DNA from: Lama guanicoe
Taxonomy: Eukaryota
Direction: 5' to 3'
Assembly: GCA_013239625.1 (NCBI GenBank)
Contig: MU053873.1
Span: 198,524-262,523 of the forward strand
Length of the DNA stretch: 64,000 bases
Numbering within the stretch: position 1 is the stretch's first letter; every line of letters begins with the position of its first letter. Below are positions 11,320 to 22,850 of the stretch, piece after piece. The notes below the pieces were generated by a model, which was given only the letters and a program-made list of their open reading frames with translations, searched no databases and was not told the origin of the DNA. Position numbers and translations under genes: made by a program.

Positions 11320-11907
11320 TGGGGGCTCCAGCACTCATCTCCCCGATTGTCCTTCCCCCTCCAGATCCACTTGCAAGGCCTGGATCAGGCTGGACTGAAG
11401 GAGCACTGCAAGGAGAGCCCCGGGGCCTTTCCCAGCGAAGATGCCCTGCGGGGGCTCAGCCAGCGGGGCTTCTTGCGGACCCTCAATGCCACGCTGGGCC
11501 ACGTCCTGCACAGACTGACTGCTTTACAGCAGGATCTCACCGTAGCCCGGGAGCAGGGGCGGAACATTCGCGGCTTCAGAAGTAACATCCACTGCATGTC
11601 CCAGCTGCTTCGAGGCTCCTCGGAGATGGAGACAGCTGAGCCCACTCAGCCGGGCCCGGGGGCCACACTGCCACCCACCCCCGTCTCAGACACCTTTCAG
11701 CACAAACTGCAAGGCTGCAGGTTCCTGCGTGGCTACCACCGCTTCATGCACTCGGCGGGGCAGGTCTTCAAGGAGTGGGGGGATAGCCGGTGCCGGAGTC
11801 GGAGCCGGAGACATAGGCCCCCCCGGGCTCTACAGAGGGGGGCCCGCAGGATGCGACCCTTCAGGAGGGATGAGAGACTCATGCCCAGGGGCCAGCTGCC
11901 CCGGTAG
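8991..11907 (+). CDS. OSM: Oncostatin M precursor, join(8991..9024,10603..10736,11365..11907), 236 aa
   Basis: Spliced translation MRPQLVQRTLLS/LVLGLLFLSTAATGKCSGKYHELLQQLQNQADLMQDTSTLLDPY/IHLQGL...GAFPSE...FLRTLNATLG...NIHCM...DTFQHKLQGCRFLRGYHRFMHS...LMPRGQLPR* matches OSM. Both introns are GT-AG, 34+134+543 nt stays in frame, the FxxK site III motif and four disulfide Cys are present, and the gene lies next to LIF. Confidence 0.98.
10603..10736 (+). CDS. OSM: OSM coding exon 2
   Basis: cccctctctgccccag|GTCTGGTC...CCCTAC|gtgagt; encodes LVLGLLFLS...CSGKY...LMQDTSTLLDPY. Confidence 0.97.
11277..11318. repeat. (TG)21 microsatellite, OSM intron 2
   Basis: Direct reading. Confidence 0.97.
11365..11907 (+). 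CDS. OSM: OSM coding exon 3 (helices B-D and basic C-terminal propeptide)
   Basis: ccttccccctccag|ATCCAC...CGGTAG; 3' part of ORF 11278..11907. Confidence 0.98.
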   Translation: MHLQGLDQAGLKEHCKESPGAFPSEDALRGLSQRGFLRTLNATLGHVLHRLTALQQDLTVAREQGRNIRGFRSNIHCMSQLLRGSSEMETAEPTQPGPGATLPPTPVSDTFQHKLQGCRFLRGYHRFMHSAGQVFKEWGDSRCRSRSRRHRPPRALQRGARRMRPFRRDERLMPRGQLPR

Positions 11908-12834
11908 CCTCAGGGGCGCCCCTGCCAGGTGAAAGGTCAGCAGGTACTCTGCTGGATGGTGCTGCCTGGGGTCTCCCAACCTGCTCCTCTCCGTTCCCCA
12001 CCTCTCAGAAGTGCACTTTAAGGGGTGGGGGCTGGGTAGCCCCTCTACCTCCTTTGGGCTGGGTGGACAGGGTCAGGCTGCTGAGCCTTGTCCAGCCCTG
12101 AGTTCCCCAGCCCTGGTGGGGTGGCCAGGTCAGGTCCACACGGGGCCAACTTTCCATTGATTCAGGGGTCTGATGACACAGGCTGACTCATGGCCAGACT
12201 GGCTGCCCCCCCTGCTCTGCTCCCCGGAGGCCGACCGGATTGTCCCTCTCATGACTTGTGGGGCTGTTGCCCCCAGACTTCCTCCTTTCCATAGTGGCTT
12301 GGTTCGGAGGGGGAGGTCAGGGCCTGAGCTGGCCTCCTCTGCCTCATCACTGCTCTCAGCCAGACACCTGGGTGTCTGGGTGACCTCACTTTAGGCAGTT
12401 GTGATGGGAGCAGAGGACACAGAAGGAGCACTGATCTGGGGGTTCCAAGGAAGGAGGCTCGGACCCCAATTTGTTGGCCCCTAAATTGCTGTGTAGCCTC
12501 AGTGAGGCCACTTTACCTCTCTGGACCTCAGCTTTCTCTTTGTGATTCAAGGGGGTTTGGGACATGTAAATCCATCTCTGCCTGTCAATTGCTGGGATTC
12601 TGTGACATAGGTTAGATATCAAATTTTCTCCATACATGGGGACATGTGATATAAACGGACACTGGGTACAGACTTGAGTTCTTTGCAGGAGACCTCCTAG
12701 AGCCTGGAAGTCTGGATCCTGGGTCCTGGCTGCTCCCCCTGGTGGTGCATCATGGTATTTTCTCATGCTGAAAGCATTGCCCTCTGGGAGGGGCTCCCAG
12801 AAGCTGCTGGGCCAGTTCCTTGGAGGGACATGAC

Positions 12835-12935
12835 TAATTTATAGATTTTTATTGGTTTTTATCTGTTTATCCTATTTATAAGGCTTATTTATGATGTGTA
12901 TTTAATGTTAATATTTTGCCAACATATATTTAAAA
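12835..12935 (+). promoter_or_regulatory. OSM 3' UTR AU-rich element cluster
   Basis: Several ATTTA motifs (taatttata, tatttat, ttatttat, gtatttaa, tatttaaa) in an AT-rich block, as expected for a cytokine mRNA. Confidence 0.8.
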
Positions 12936-15900
12936 CTTGCCTGGTTTCTAAAGCCCTTGTGTCTCTTTTGCTTCTTGGGAGAGAATTTGGGGGAGCCTGG
13001 TCTCTTGGAGAGGGGAGTCCCTAGGTGGCAAGGCCACCAGTATCCACCACTGAAGCTTGGGCTGGGGTTCTTTGCTGTAACCGAGAAGAGAAGTTGCATG
13101 CCCCACTCAACTGGGGGTTCTGACTGTGGGGGTGTCTCTGAATGGGTCTCCCTTGAGAATTTGGGGACCAAGGATGTTGAGTTTTGGGAGCTAGTGGGGA
13201 GGGAGGAAGGATGGCGTGTGGGTTACTCTGGCCCTTGTGGGTGAGCGGCTGAGGGTAAATGTGCTGATGCGTGTTGTGTGAAATGAACAAGATAATAACA
13301 GATCCTGCCTCAGATGTGGCCTGCTGGCCTGCTGTGTGCTTGAAACTGCTTCCTGAAGGGCCCCAGAGTGGGCAGGGATTCCATCTGGCTCACCACTGAT
13401 GCTCAGGGCCCCGCCTCAGGAGGGGCACCTACAGGCCGATGACATGCTGAGGCAGCAGCTACAAAGGAAGGGCTCAAAGAAGCAGATGAACTTGACCTGG
13501 ATCAGTCCCCAGTCACCCCCACTTCCTGGGACGAGGGGCCATGGTGGGAACAGGACTTAACTTCAGGCTGGAAGAGAGTCCTGTGTGGGACTCCCTGAAA
13601 TAGATATGACCCACTTTGCAGATGAGAGGACTGAGGCTCAGAGAGTTTGAACTGCCCAGGTCCTCAGAGCAAATTTACTGGGCACAGGCACATTTCAAAT
13701 TCAGGCCCATTGGATGCCAGGGAGGGAGCATCCTCCTGTCACCTTTCAACATCTGTAACTTGGCTGACAATTTCACGAGTCCTTGGGGGCACAGAGCTAC
13801 CAGGCGGTGGGGGTGGGGACAGACAATAGACAAGCGAAAGAGATAGGAGCAACTGAGATTGCAGGGCGAGCTTGAGCACGGGAAAAGCAAACCAGGGTGA
13901 GGAAATAGAGAGCAAGAGTCAGGCGATGTGTGTGGTCAGGGTGGCCTGGAAGAGGTGACATCCACTCTGCAGCCTGAATGACATGCAGGAGAAGGGGTGG
14001 AGCCTCTAGGTGGCAGGAACAGCTAAGGAAAAGTCTTTGAGCATTCAAGGATCAGGGTGTAGCGAATGAGGGCATCACCGATTTATCAAAAAGGCCCAGA
14101 GATGGGAAGTATCTTGCTCAAGGTCACAGAGCAAGTTAGTGCGGGGCTGGGGCTAGAAATCCAGGTCTGACTCCCAGCCAGGGAGCGCCCCATGTATTCC
14201 AGGCTGTTTACTGAGTATTTAGTCAGGGCTCTCCGCTGCCCCCCACTGGGCTCTCTCTTGCTTTCGGGCTCCTGCCGCACCAGCCACTTTGGGGATCCGA
14301 TGTGCCCAGGGTACCCTCCTACCACAAGGCCTCTGCCTGTGCTGTCCTCTTCCCAGCCTTTGTGCTCCATCTTTTTGGTTAGTGTATCCTCAGTTATCCT
14401 TCCCGCTGTCCATGTTCTGGGTCCAGCAACTTGGTTGTTTTTTCAAAACTGACTTGTCGGGACAGGGTGGGGGCTCACCAGGTGCATCATTTGCATTGTC
14501 AGTCACCTCCCTCACTAGCCCAGAGCCGCCGAGGATGGAGACCACATTTGCTTTGCTCTGCTCTGTCCCAGCACCCAGCACAGGGCTTGGCACCCAGCAG
14601 GAGCTCAGTGAGGAGCAGGGCAGGGAGCCTGGCCTCGCCCTTTTCTGCCCTGGCTCAGAAGGGGTGGGGGGGATTTCCTCGGGCTGGGCTGCTGGGAAGC
14701 TATGGGTGGGAGGGGGCAGACAGGAGAGCCAGGCACCCTCATGTTCCAGGAGGGGAAGGGGGTTGGCACTGCGGCAGCAGTGCGTCGTTGCCCATAGAGA
14801 GCGCAGAGGTGGGTCTGCGGAGGAAGAGCGGGGAAGCCCAGGGTGTTTGCTCCCCACCCCTCCCCCGCCCCCTGGCTACCTCCCACTCCATGGATAAGTC
14901 CCCGAAGAGGTGTCCGGGGCTGGCTTTGAACTGGAGCTGCACCAACCCGGCAGGAAGCAGATCAGGGGGCCCTAGACTCTGGGGTGGGGGTCTTGGGAGT
15001 CCTTCCAGTGAAGACTTGTCACCTCCACACCGTCTCCTGATAAGACCACAGCTGCAGGTGCCCCCAGACTGCCATCTCCACCCTGGTCCCAGCTGCCAGG
15101 ACTTCTGCCGGGAGCCCTGCGGGCACCTCAAGGCCAAACTCAGCCCCAAGTCCTCATCTTTCTGCTTCCTAGTTGCCCCCACTGCAGTCCCAGAACCCCA
15201 GTGCACCCCCTTCTTGTCTGCCAGCCTCTCCTCTCCCCATCGATCCTGTGATTTTTCTAACACCCCGTCTCCAGCATGTGCCTCCTCCTCTCTCCACCAC
15301 CAGCCTGGTCCTGGCTCCCTGAACATGTCTAAATCTCACTGTCATGCCTCCTGCTGCTCACAGACCTCCATGCCTCCTTCCTGTCCTAGTGCCCGTGGCG
15401 TCAATTCCAAACTCCTCATCGCAGCCAGCCAGGCCCCTGCTTTCAGACCCAGCTTTGCCAGCTCTCCTCTGCATTTGCTCTGTGCTCAGCTGGCCCCCAA
15501 CACGTTCAGGCACCCTGACCTCCTGATCCCCGTGTTTCCCCCTCCAGGCTCCTCCCGCCTCCCAGCCCCCTCCTCCTTGACTCCCCATCCAGACTGAGCG
15601 GCGGGGCTTCCATAGGACTGTAGGTAGCTCACAGAGGGTCATTTCTGGAGTCTGCACCCGGAGTCACCTTGGATCGCCCCCGTCCCCTACAGCGACAACT
15701 GCCTTGAGATCGGGGTTCCCATGACCATCTGCTGTGACAGGTCGGGGGAGCAGGGGCTTTAATAAGGATTTTGTGCTACAGTATGAGTTGATCCCCAACT
15801 AGGAACATTTTCTCTGGGGCAGTGAGGCCCTAGGAACCTGCGAATGGCATACATTCCCTGCAGTGGCTCATAGGAAGGGACAAAGGGCCAAGGGCCACGG

Positions 15901-18900
15901 GCAAGATGGCACAGACTCAGGGAGATGCAGGGACCTCATCTGCTTTTCTTTTTGAAGTTTTTCAGGGTGACAGTCACAGCCCCTCAGTCAATGCATGTAA
16001 CACACATGGATGGAAAGTTCCCTAGGACAGGGGTGTCTGGAGGGCAGGGAAACTGCAGGAAAAAGGCAGGGGTGGGGTCCCGGCATTTACTGTCTGTCTA
16101 CAAAACAAGTTCACGGCTCGTGAGTGGCAGAGCTGGGGCCTCAGTGCCTTCACTGCCCACCAGTGCTGATGTGACTTGTTCCCACTCTCTCAAGGGATGG
16201 GGAAGTACTTGAGAGTTAAGCAAAATGAGTTCCAACCCCTGCCCCGCGGCCTGTGTGACCTTCGGGCTGCATCTCAGCACCCCCCTCTGCACAATAGACT
16301 GACTTAATTTGGCCCACCTCCCAGTCCGCCGGGGAGACTTCCCGGGAGACAGGACAGCGCGGGGGCCTGTCGGCGCTGCTGTCCCAGAGCAGATGCACCA
16401 GCAGATTTCTCCTTCCTTCCTCTCCCTCGTTTTCCCTTTTCCTAGTTGGTTTTCTTTCTTCACAGCTCTTCTCTCTTTGTCCCTGTCCTCCACTGCCTCT
16501 CCCCACCCTCCCCACCAGGCCTGAGACCCCCAGTGCCCACGGAGTCCCTTTTCCACGCCGAGGAAAGGGTCACAGTCCATGGCCAGAGTGGGAGGCCCTG
16601 GGCTCGGTCAGCCTCACTCCCTGCTTCCTGGGGCGTCCCCAAGGGCTGGGCTCCGCTGGCTCAGGGAGGGGCCAAGTTCTCTGAGGGAAGGGGTTGGGCA
16701 GGTGGGACAGGTGGGGACAGGGAGCCGGAGGAGGAGGGCGGACCAGGGACCAGACAGGTCAGGTGGCTCCGGGGTTGCAAGGTGGGTACTGGTGGTGGCT
16801 TGGGGGCCCTTGTCCAGGGGGGTGGCTGCAGCCCTGTGACTCTTCTAAGGACAGGGACTAGGGGGCATGGCTCTGGTGCACACGGGCTGTGGCAGGTCTG
16901 AGTCAAAACACCTAAGGCCGACCCTGGCCGGTCATGTGGAGGGCTGCCCAGTCATCGCCTTATGCTGGCCTGGGTCACCCAAGCGGGCTGGGCGCGGCCC
17001 AGTCAGCCGTGAGTCAGGCCCCAGCAGCCTTGCCACGCAGCACAGGGCAGGGGTGCCGGGCACACAGACGCCCCCTCCCCACCCCCAGCCCCTGGTTCTC
17101 CCCTTCCCCACCCCAAAGCCCCTAGCCCCTGGCTCACCTGTGTCAGGTGCACTCTGGCCAGGAACCTGGATTACTCTGCCTCTGTTGCCCCCAGCCCTTC
17201 AGTGGGGGTAGGGGGGGTGGAAGTGGGGGGAGTCTCAGGGCCACCCGGCCCTGGACAGGAAGTCAAGTCGGAGGCGGGGTGAGGAGCCGTCTCTAGAGAA
17301 GATTCAGCAGGAGACAGAAGCAGAGGGGGCCTGGCCCCACGTCGATGGTGTCCCACTGAAGACTCAGCAAATACCCTGAGAGACACTGAAAGGTCCTGTG
17401 CAGCGCAGACCACGGTAGGCTTCCTCGAATTCATCCCCAGCACAGGCAAACATCACCCCTTCCCTCGTGTGTCTGGGGCATCTGGTGGCCACCTTGTGTC
17501 TCCAGGCCTCGGGCTCCCCTTCTGCATGATGGGCATGGTCAGAAGTGCCCTGCACATCCCTTTAATGCTGTGGAGGTGAAGAGTGCAGACCAGATGTGAA
17601 AGTGTCATGCAGACACCCGAGGGGTTAAAGATCATGGAAGAGTTAAAGGGCAGAGGAGAGAGCCCTGGATGCGGAGGCTGGAATCCTGGCTTTGTGAGGC
17701 TGGAATCCTGGCTTTGTGTCATCCCAAAGGGGTTGCCCCTCCAGAGGCCTTGATTCCTGGATTCCAAAGGGACCCTCAAGTTCCCTTTCCCTGGAGCAGT
17801 GGAGGGTCTGAGCCCATGGCCGCCTACCTTTCCCTCAGATGAAGACCTGGCAGGCAGAGGGTCCCTGTCCCCCAAGAAGGGGCTGTGGTGGGTCATGGGG
17901 TGGCCCTTGCCTGCTGCTGCTTTGGGGAGAAGAGAAGAAATCTTTGCTACAGTGAAGTCCTTTATGGGAGGCTCTGGGGTGTGGGGTTGGTCAAGGTCAT
18001 GGCCCCAGTGCCTTTGACCTTGACCCAGCATAGGTCTCGACCTCTCTGCGCTTTGCTCGCTCTGTAAGATGGGCCTAACTATGGAGGCACCAACTCACAG
18101 GGCTATGTGGGGAGAAAGAAAAATATAAGCAAAGTCATCACAGAGCTTGGCATCGGGGGGGGGGCACCTTGGCATAAATACCTGAGAAGGGGCTGGACCC
18201 CAGTCTTGCTGTTAGCAGTTCCTGAGGATGGGAGAGAGGTTTCCGGGAGGGCAGGGACACTGTCTCCAGGGCCTGTTCTACGTGGGAACTAGGTGGTCCT
18301 GGGGCCTGTGATGGGTGGGAAGGGGAAGGGGTTTCCCTGCTCCCTCTCCCCCTCCTCCTAGGTCAGCAGGTGGTTGGAGGCACAGGAGACCCCAACGCAA
18401 GCCCACTGCATGAGGTCCTTGGCGCCCCCTTGTGGCCGATCCTTAGGACACCGCCCCCACCCCAGGTGCTGGGCAGGGCAGAGGCCCCTCCAGGACCCCT
18501 CAGTGTGCCTCCTTCCCTTACCTTGGCCGGTTGCCTCTGCCTACCCTCCATTCCAAGCCCCAGCAATCCCTGCCCACTTCCTCAATCCCCAGATCCCGCC
18601 CTGCTCAGCCCTAGGGGAGGCACTGACCCAGTCTGGCCAGCCTGTGCTGGTGGCTGGCAGTCTCAGCCCGGGTGCCTGCTGCCCACTGGGCAGTGGGGGG
18701 CGCTGCAGCCCACGGCTTGGAGCTGAGTTAAGCGGCTGAGTGTTGGAGGTTTCGGGCAGTGAGCCCTGGACCTGGCCCTCCCCTACTCTGGGCCCAGCTG
18801 TCCAGGGCGCCTGGGAGGCTTTCTCTGTCCTCCACCACCCCAGCCCATAGTCCACGCCTCAAAGAGCCTTTTCCAGATCCTTTGAATCTGATGGCCTTCC

Positions 18901-21900
18901 CTAGGCAGGTTTTACAGATGGGGAAACTGAGAACTCCTAAAAGCTTCTTTCTGGAATCCTCACATCTAACCAGGGCTGAAACCCAGGGTTCCTGACTCCT
19001 TGTCCGAGAGCCTGAGCCAGGCAAGCAGCCCACATGCTATTGAGGATGTGCCACTAATTTGCTGTGTGGCCTTGGAAAAGTCACTTCCACTCTCTGGGCT
19101 GCCCTCTGAAGTGTTAACAGTTAAGGTAGTCGTATTATTAGTAACTCAGGCTTGTCTTCAGTGCCTGGGGGGTTTCTATAGCGCAAGGCTAACCTCACAG
19201 GTTGACAACATTGTGTCCCACTTCACACTCTTGGAACTGAGGTCTGACCAATGAGGTCACCAGTCTGAGGGCCACAGTTCGTAAGTGGCAGAGCTAGGAA
19301 TGTACCTGAGGCCTGGTTAATTGCAGAGACCACCAATCTGGCCCCCTCTGGCCCCCTGAAGCCCCATCTTTCCAACCTTTTCCCTTTACAAGTAGGCACA
19401 CTGAGGCTGCGGAGGCCGGGATGGTCTTCAGGTTCCTCCAGGCTAATATTGCTTCGGGAGATAGACGGGTTCTTGGAGGGGACCCTAAGTGTGCATAACT
19501 AAACACTTTCCCTCTGTGAGGGTCCACTACCACCGGCCTGTTGGCCAGAGTGGACTCAGGGGGAAGCACAGCCACTGAGGGGTCTGCAGGGATTCCGGCT
19601 CTCCGGACAGCCCACTGTGATCCTGGGGCAGGCACGGTCCCACCCAGAAAGGGAGGAAGCGGAAACGGGGTCCAGGGGTGGGGCGGGGGTGGAGGAGGCC
19701 CGGCTGGGCAGGAGATCAGAGCAGGATTGTGTCATGGAGTCCTGCGGCTGATAAGCAGCTAAGCAGCCAGCCCAGGCAGAAGGAGGGGCTCCCAGGCGAC
19801 TCATCCTGGGGACCCCCGGCCCCCTGCTGCCAGTGAGCCCTGGACCACCCTTGGCCTCCTGGCTCTAGTTTGAGGGAGGCTGCGGGGGCAGCAGGGGGAG
19901 AGCTGGCTCCATCCCACCCTGTGTGACCTCAGGCAAATTGTTCAGCTTTTTGAGCCTCAGTTTCCACGTCTGTAAAACCAGGATTAAAATGGTTCCTGTG
20001 GGAATGAGGGCTCAGACCAGAGAGAATAGGGGCTCTCACGAGCCCTGTGTAACGGTTTGCTTTGGGGGCCGTGGGTGGGAGAGATGCACGTGGAGGTCTC
20101 TGGGGTTTGCACGTGCTCCATAAAGAGCGGGGAGCAAGGCTGGGGTGGCCCAAGGGTACAGGGCTGGGTGTCATACCCAGGTTGCCTGGAGGAGGCCGGG
20201 GGAAGCCTGACCCTCTTCCTCCGGCTCCCCTCGAGCTGCTCCCCTACCTGGTCCAGACCCTCCCAGGCTTCAGGGAGCTCACCTCTTCTCCTCTTCCCCA
20301 GAAGCAGAAGTGGAGGGTTCAGTCTCAGCTGGGTCTCATTCCGCACCCCGCAACCCCGCCATTGGGACTGGCTCCTACTCTTTCCATGTTAACACCGGAC
20401 CAGGGCTCACATCACCTCCCACCCACCATCCTCAGAACAGTTCCTCAGTCGGTGCAGGCGCAGAGGGACCGTTTGGGGAGAGGGCCTCGCTGCTTCCCTG
20501 ACATCATCTCTGGGGTCGGGTCAGGGTGGCCCCAGTGAGCCTGGCTTGAGGGAGGGGAGGCTGGGCCCCACCTCAGGGCCGGCCGGTTTCAAGCTGAGTG
20601 GGTCCGTGGGGCTGCTTCCTGTTCTGTTTATTGCCTCTGAGTTCAGGAAATCATTGAGTGAAACATCCTTCTCCCCCCTCCACCAGCCCGAGATTATTTA
20701 ATAGGAGCCGAGCTGTGGTCTCTCTCTTTTGGAAAATCCAGTGGGAGAAGGAAGCTGTCAGCTCAGCTCTGACATCAGCTCTGTCCCTGAGCCAGGAGTC
20801 AGGGTGGCCAGGGCAGGGGGGTGGCGCTGGGGCGGGGCGGGGAGGAAACCAGCTGCCGGTGGCCCCCGTGACGTGAGGCCACCACATGGTTCCCAGGGGC
20901 GGGGGCTGGAGACCGAGCAGCAGGGATCGTTGGAGACACACTCAGGGATACACGCATACACACGCACACACATGCATGGGGTCACGCCTCCCTCGGAGAC
21001 CCCCTGCCAACCACACTCACACACGCTCGTACAGGATCCACGTACATGGTCACACACACCTTCACACAATCACACCGGGCTCCCAGAGTCAGCCAGAGAC
21101 GTGCACGCTCCGGTTCTCTCCCGACCACACACGCAGGGCCAGACATAGCCTGGCACAGACATGCGGGCCCACAAAGGCCCTCACCACACATGCACACAGG
21201 TGGGAATGCCTGCTCAGGCCCAGAGAAACCAGCAGACTCACAGGGAGCCCAGTGGGGTGCTCCTAGACACAGGCTGGGCCTCCGGGCCGCGGGCTACCCT
21301 GGAGTGGGGACCGCAGCTACTTCCCCCTCCAGCTGCCCGCAGTGAGGATGAAGGGCTCTGGGTGGCAGAGCGAGGAGAGCTGGAGACTATCCTGGGCCCC
21401 ACCCAGGCAGGAAGGCGGGGAGCCCCGGGGGTCTGAGGCTGAGGAAGGGAGTGGTTGGTGAGAGGCTGGGCCCTGGGAGGGCCTTTGTCCCTCACCAAGT
21501 GATGCCAGGCCTCCGTCCCCCACCGTGAACACCCGCCCAGCCCCACCCTACCCACAGCACCTCCTGCCCACTCCTGGGAGTCAATGGATGGTGGCTGAGG
21601 ACCAGACAGGAGCTCCACGCTGGCAGCTGCTGAGTGACCTTGGGCAAGTCATTCCTCTGCTCCTCAGGGTCTGGCTTCCATCATCTATACCAGCAGTTTG
21701 TAAACATTCTTGATCATGACCCATAGCTAGAAACACATTGCACCTTGCAACCAGTGCAGACAGGTAGTGACAACAGATAAAAGGGTTTTGAGGAGTGGTG
21801 CTGGCCCTCACTCCAAGATACCTGGCGACTTTGCCATTCCATTTTCTTTTGAAAGTGCTGGCAGCAACCTTCTAAATTGAATCCGTGAACCACTAAAAGG

Positions 21901-22689
21901 CTGAGACCTACCACGTGAAAATACCCTGTCTACATCTGCTTGCGGCGGTCTCAAGTGATTTCAAGAGTCAGGGAGAGCCTGGGGGAGGTCAAAGGCTAAA
22001 AATGCAGAGGCTAAAAATGCCACATCCATTGAGGGCTACTGTGTGAACAGTCAGGGAGGAAAGGAACCCATGAGACACTGAGGGCAGAGACCTGAGTGAA
22101 ACCGGACCCCAGGCAACTTGGCCTGAGCCTCAGAGGCAGGCCTCTGACGCTGACACTGATGTGAGCTCTGTGGGCTGCTGTTTCCCTTGCAATTCCTATC
22201 AGAATTGAAGAAAAAATGCAGTCACTCTGATTCACCTCCAGGCGGGTGATTCCTGACGCAGAAACCAGTCAGGAAGTGTCAGGATGATGTTGGGGGCAGT
22301 TGGCAGGAGACCAGAAGTGGCTTCTGGCTCTGGCTTGGCCCTCTAGCTGGTCCCTGCCAGAGATCTGATGGGGTGAGGGTAGGAAAGGCAGAACCTGGAC
22401 CTCAAGAGACTCAAAGACAGCGGGGCTCTCCAGCGCCCCAAGGCGGGAAGTAATGTTTACTTCCCTGCAGAGGCTCTAAGAGGCTGCCTGGACCCCCAGG
22501 ACCTTTGCCATGCTCTGTGTCCTGAGAGGACTAAGAGCCCTCCTCGGCCTAATGCTCAGACCACAGGTGGTGCCCTGACTCCTGGACCCAGGTCCAACCC
22601 AAGACCCTGATTCAGGCTGGGGTTTGAGACCATCCCATGGCCACCCTGAGCTCTGGTTAGGACTGCCACGTGGCAGGCACTTTGTGTTT

Positions 22690-22850
22690 CCCACTTAACA
22701 TCCTCACGACAGTCCCATGAGCCTGGCACAACAGCATCCCAACTTTCAGTGGGAGGATTGAGGCTCAGAGAGAGGAACCCAGTTGCCCCAGGTCACACAG
22801 CTGGTAAATGGTGTGGGCAGGACTCAAACCCAGGTTTGCCTGGCTCTAAG
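22690..22850. mobile_element. MIR SINE
   Basis: gaggctcagagag...ttgccccaggtcacacagctggtaaatgg...ggactcaaacccagg. Confidence 0.75.

Noticed and set aside
14431-15597. Longest ORF in the track (388 aa)
   Set aside because: Low-complexity Pro/Ser/Cys/Leu composition, no domain I recognise, overlapping ORFs of similar quality in other frames, and apparent old repeat-like sequence. Best explained as a chance ORF in GC-rich DNA.
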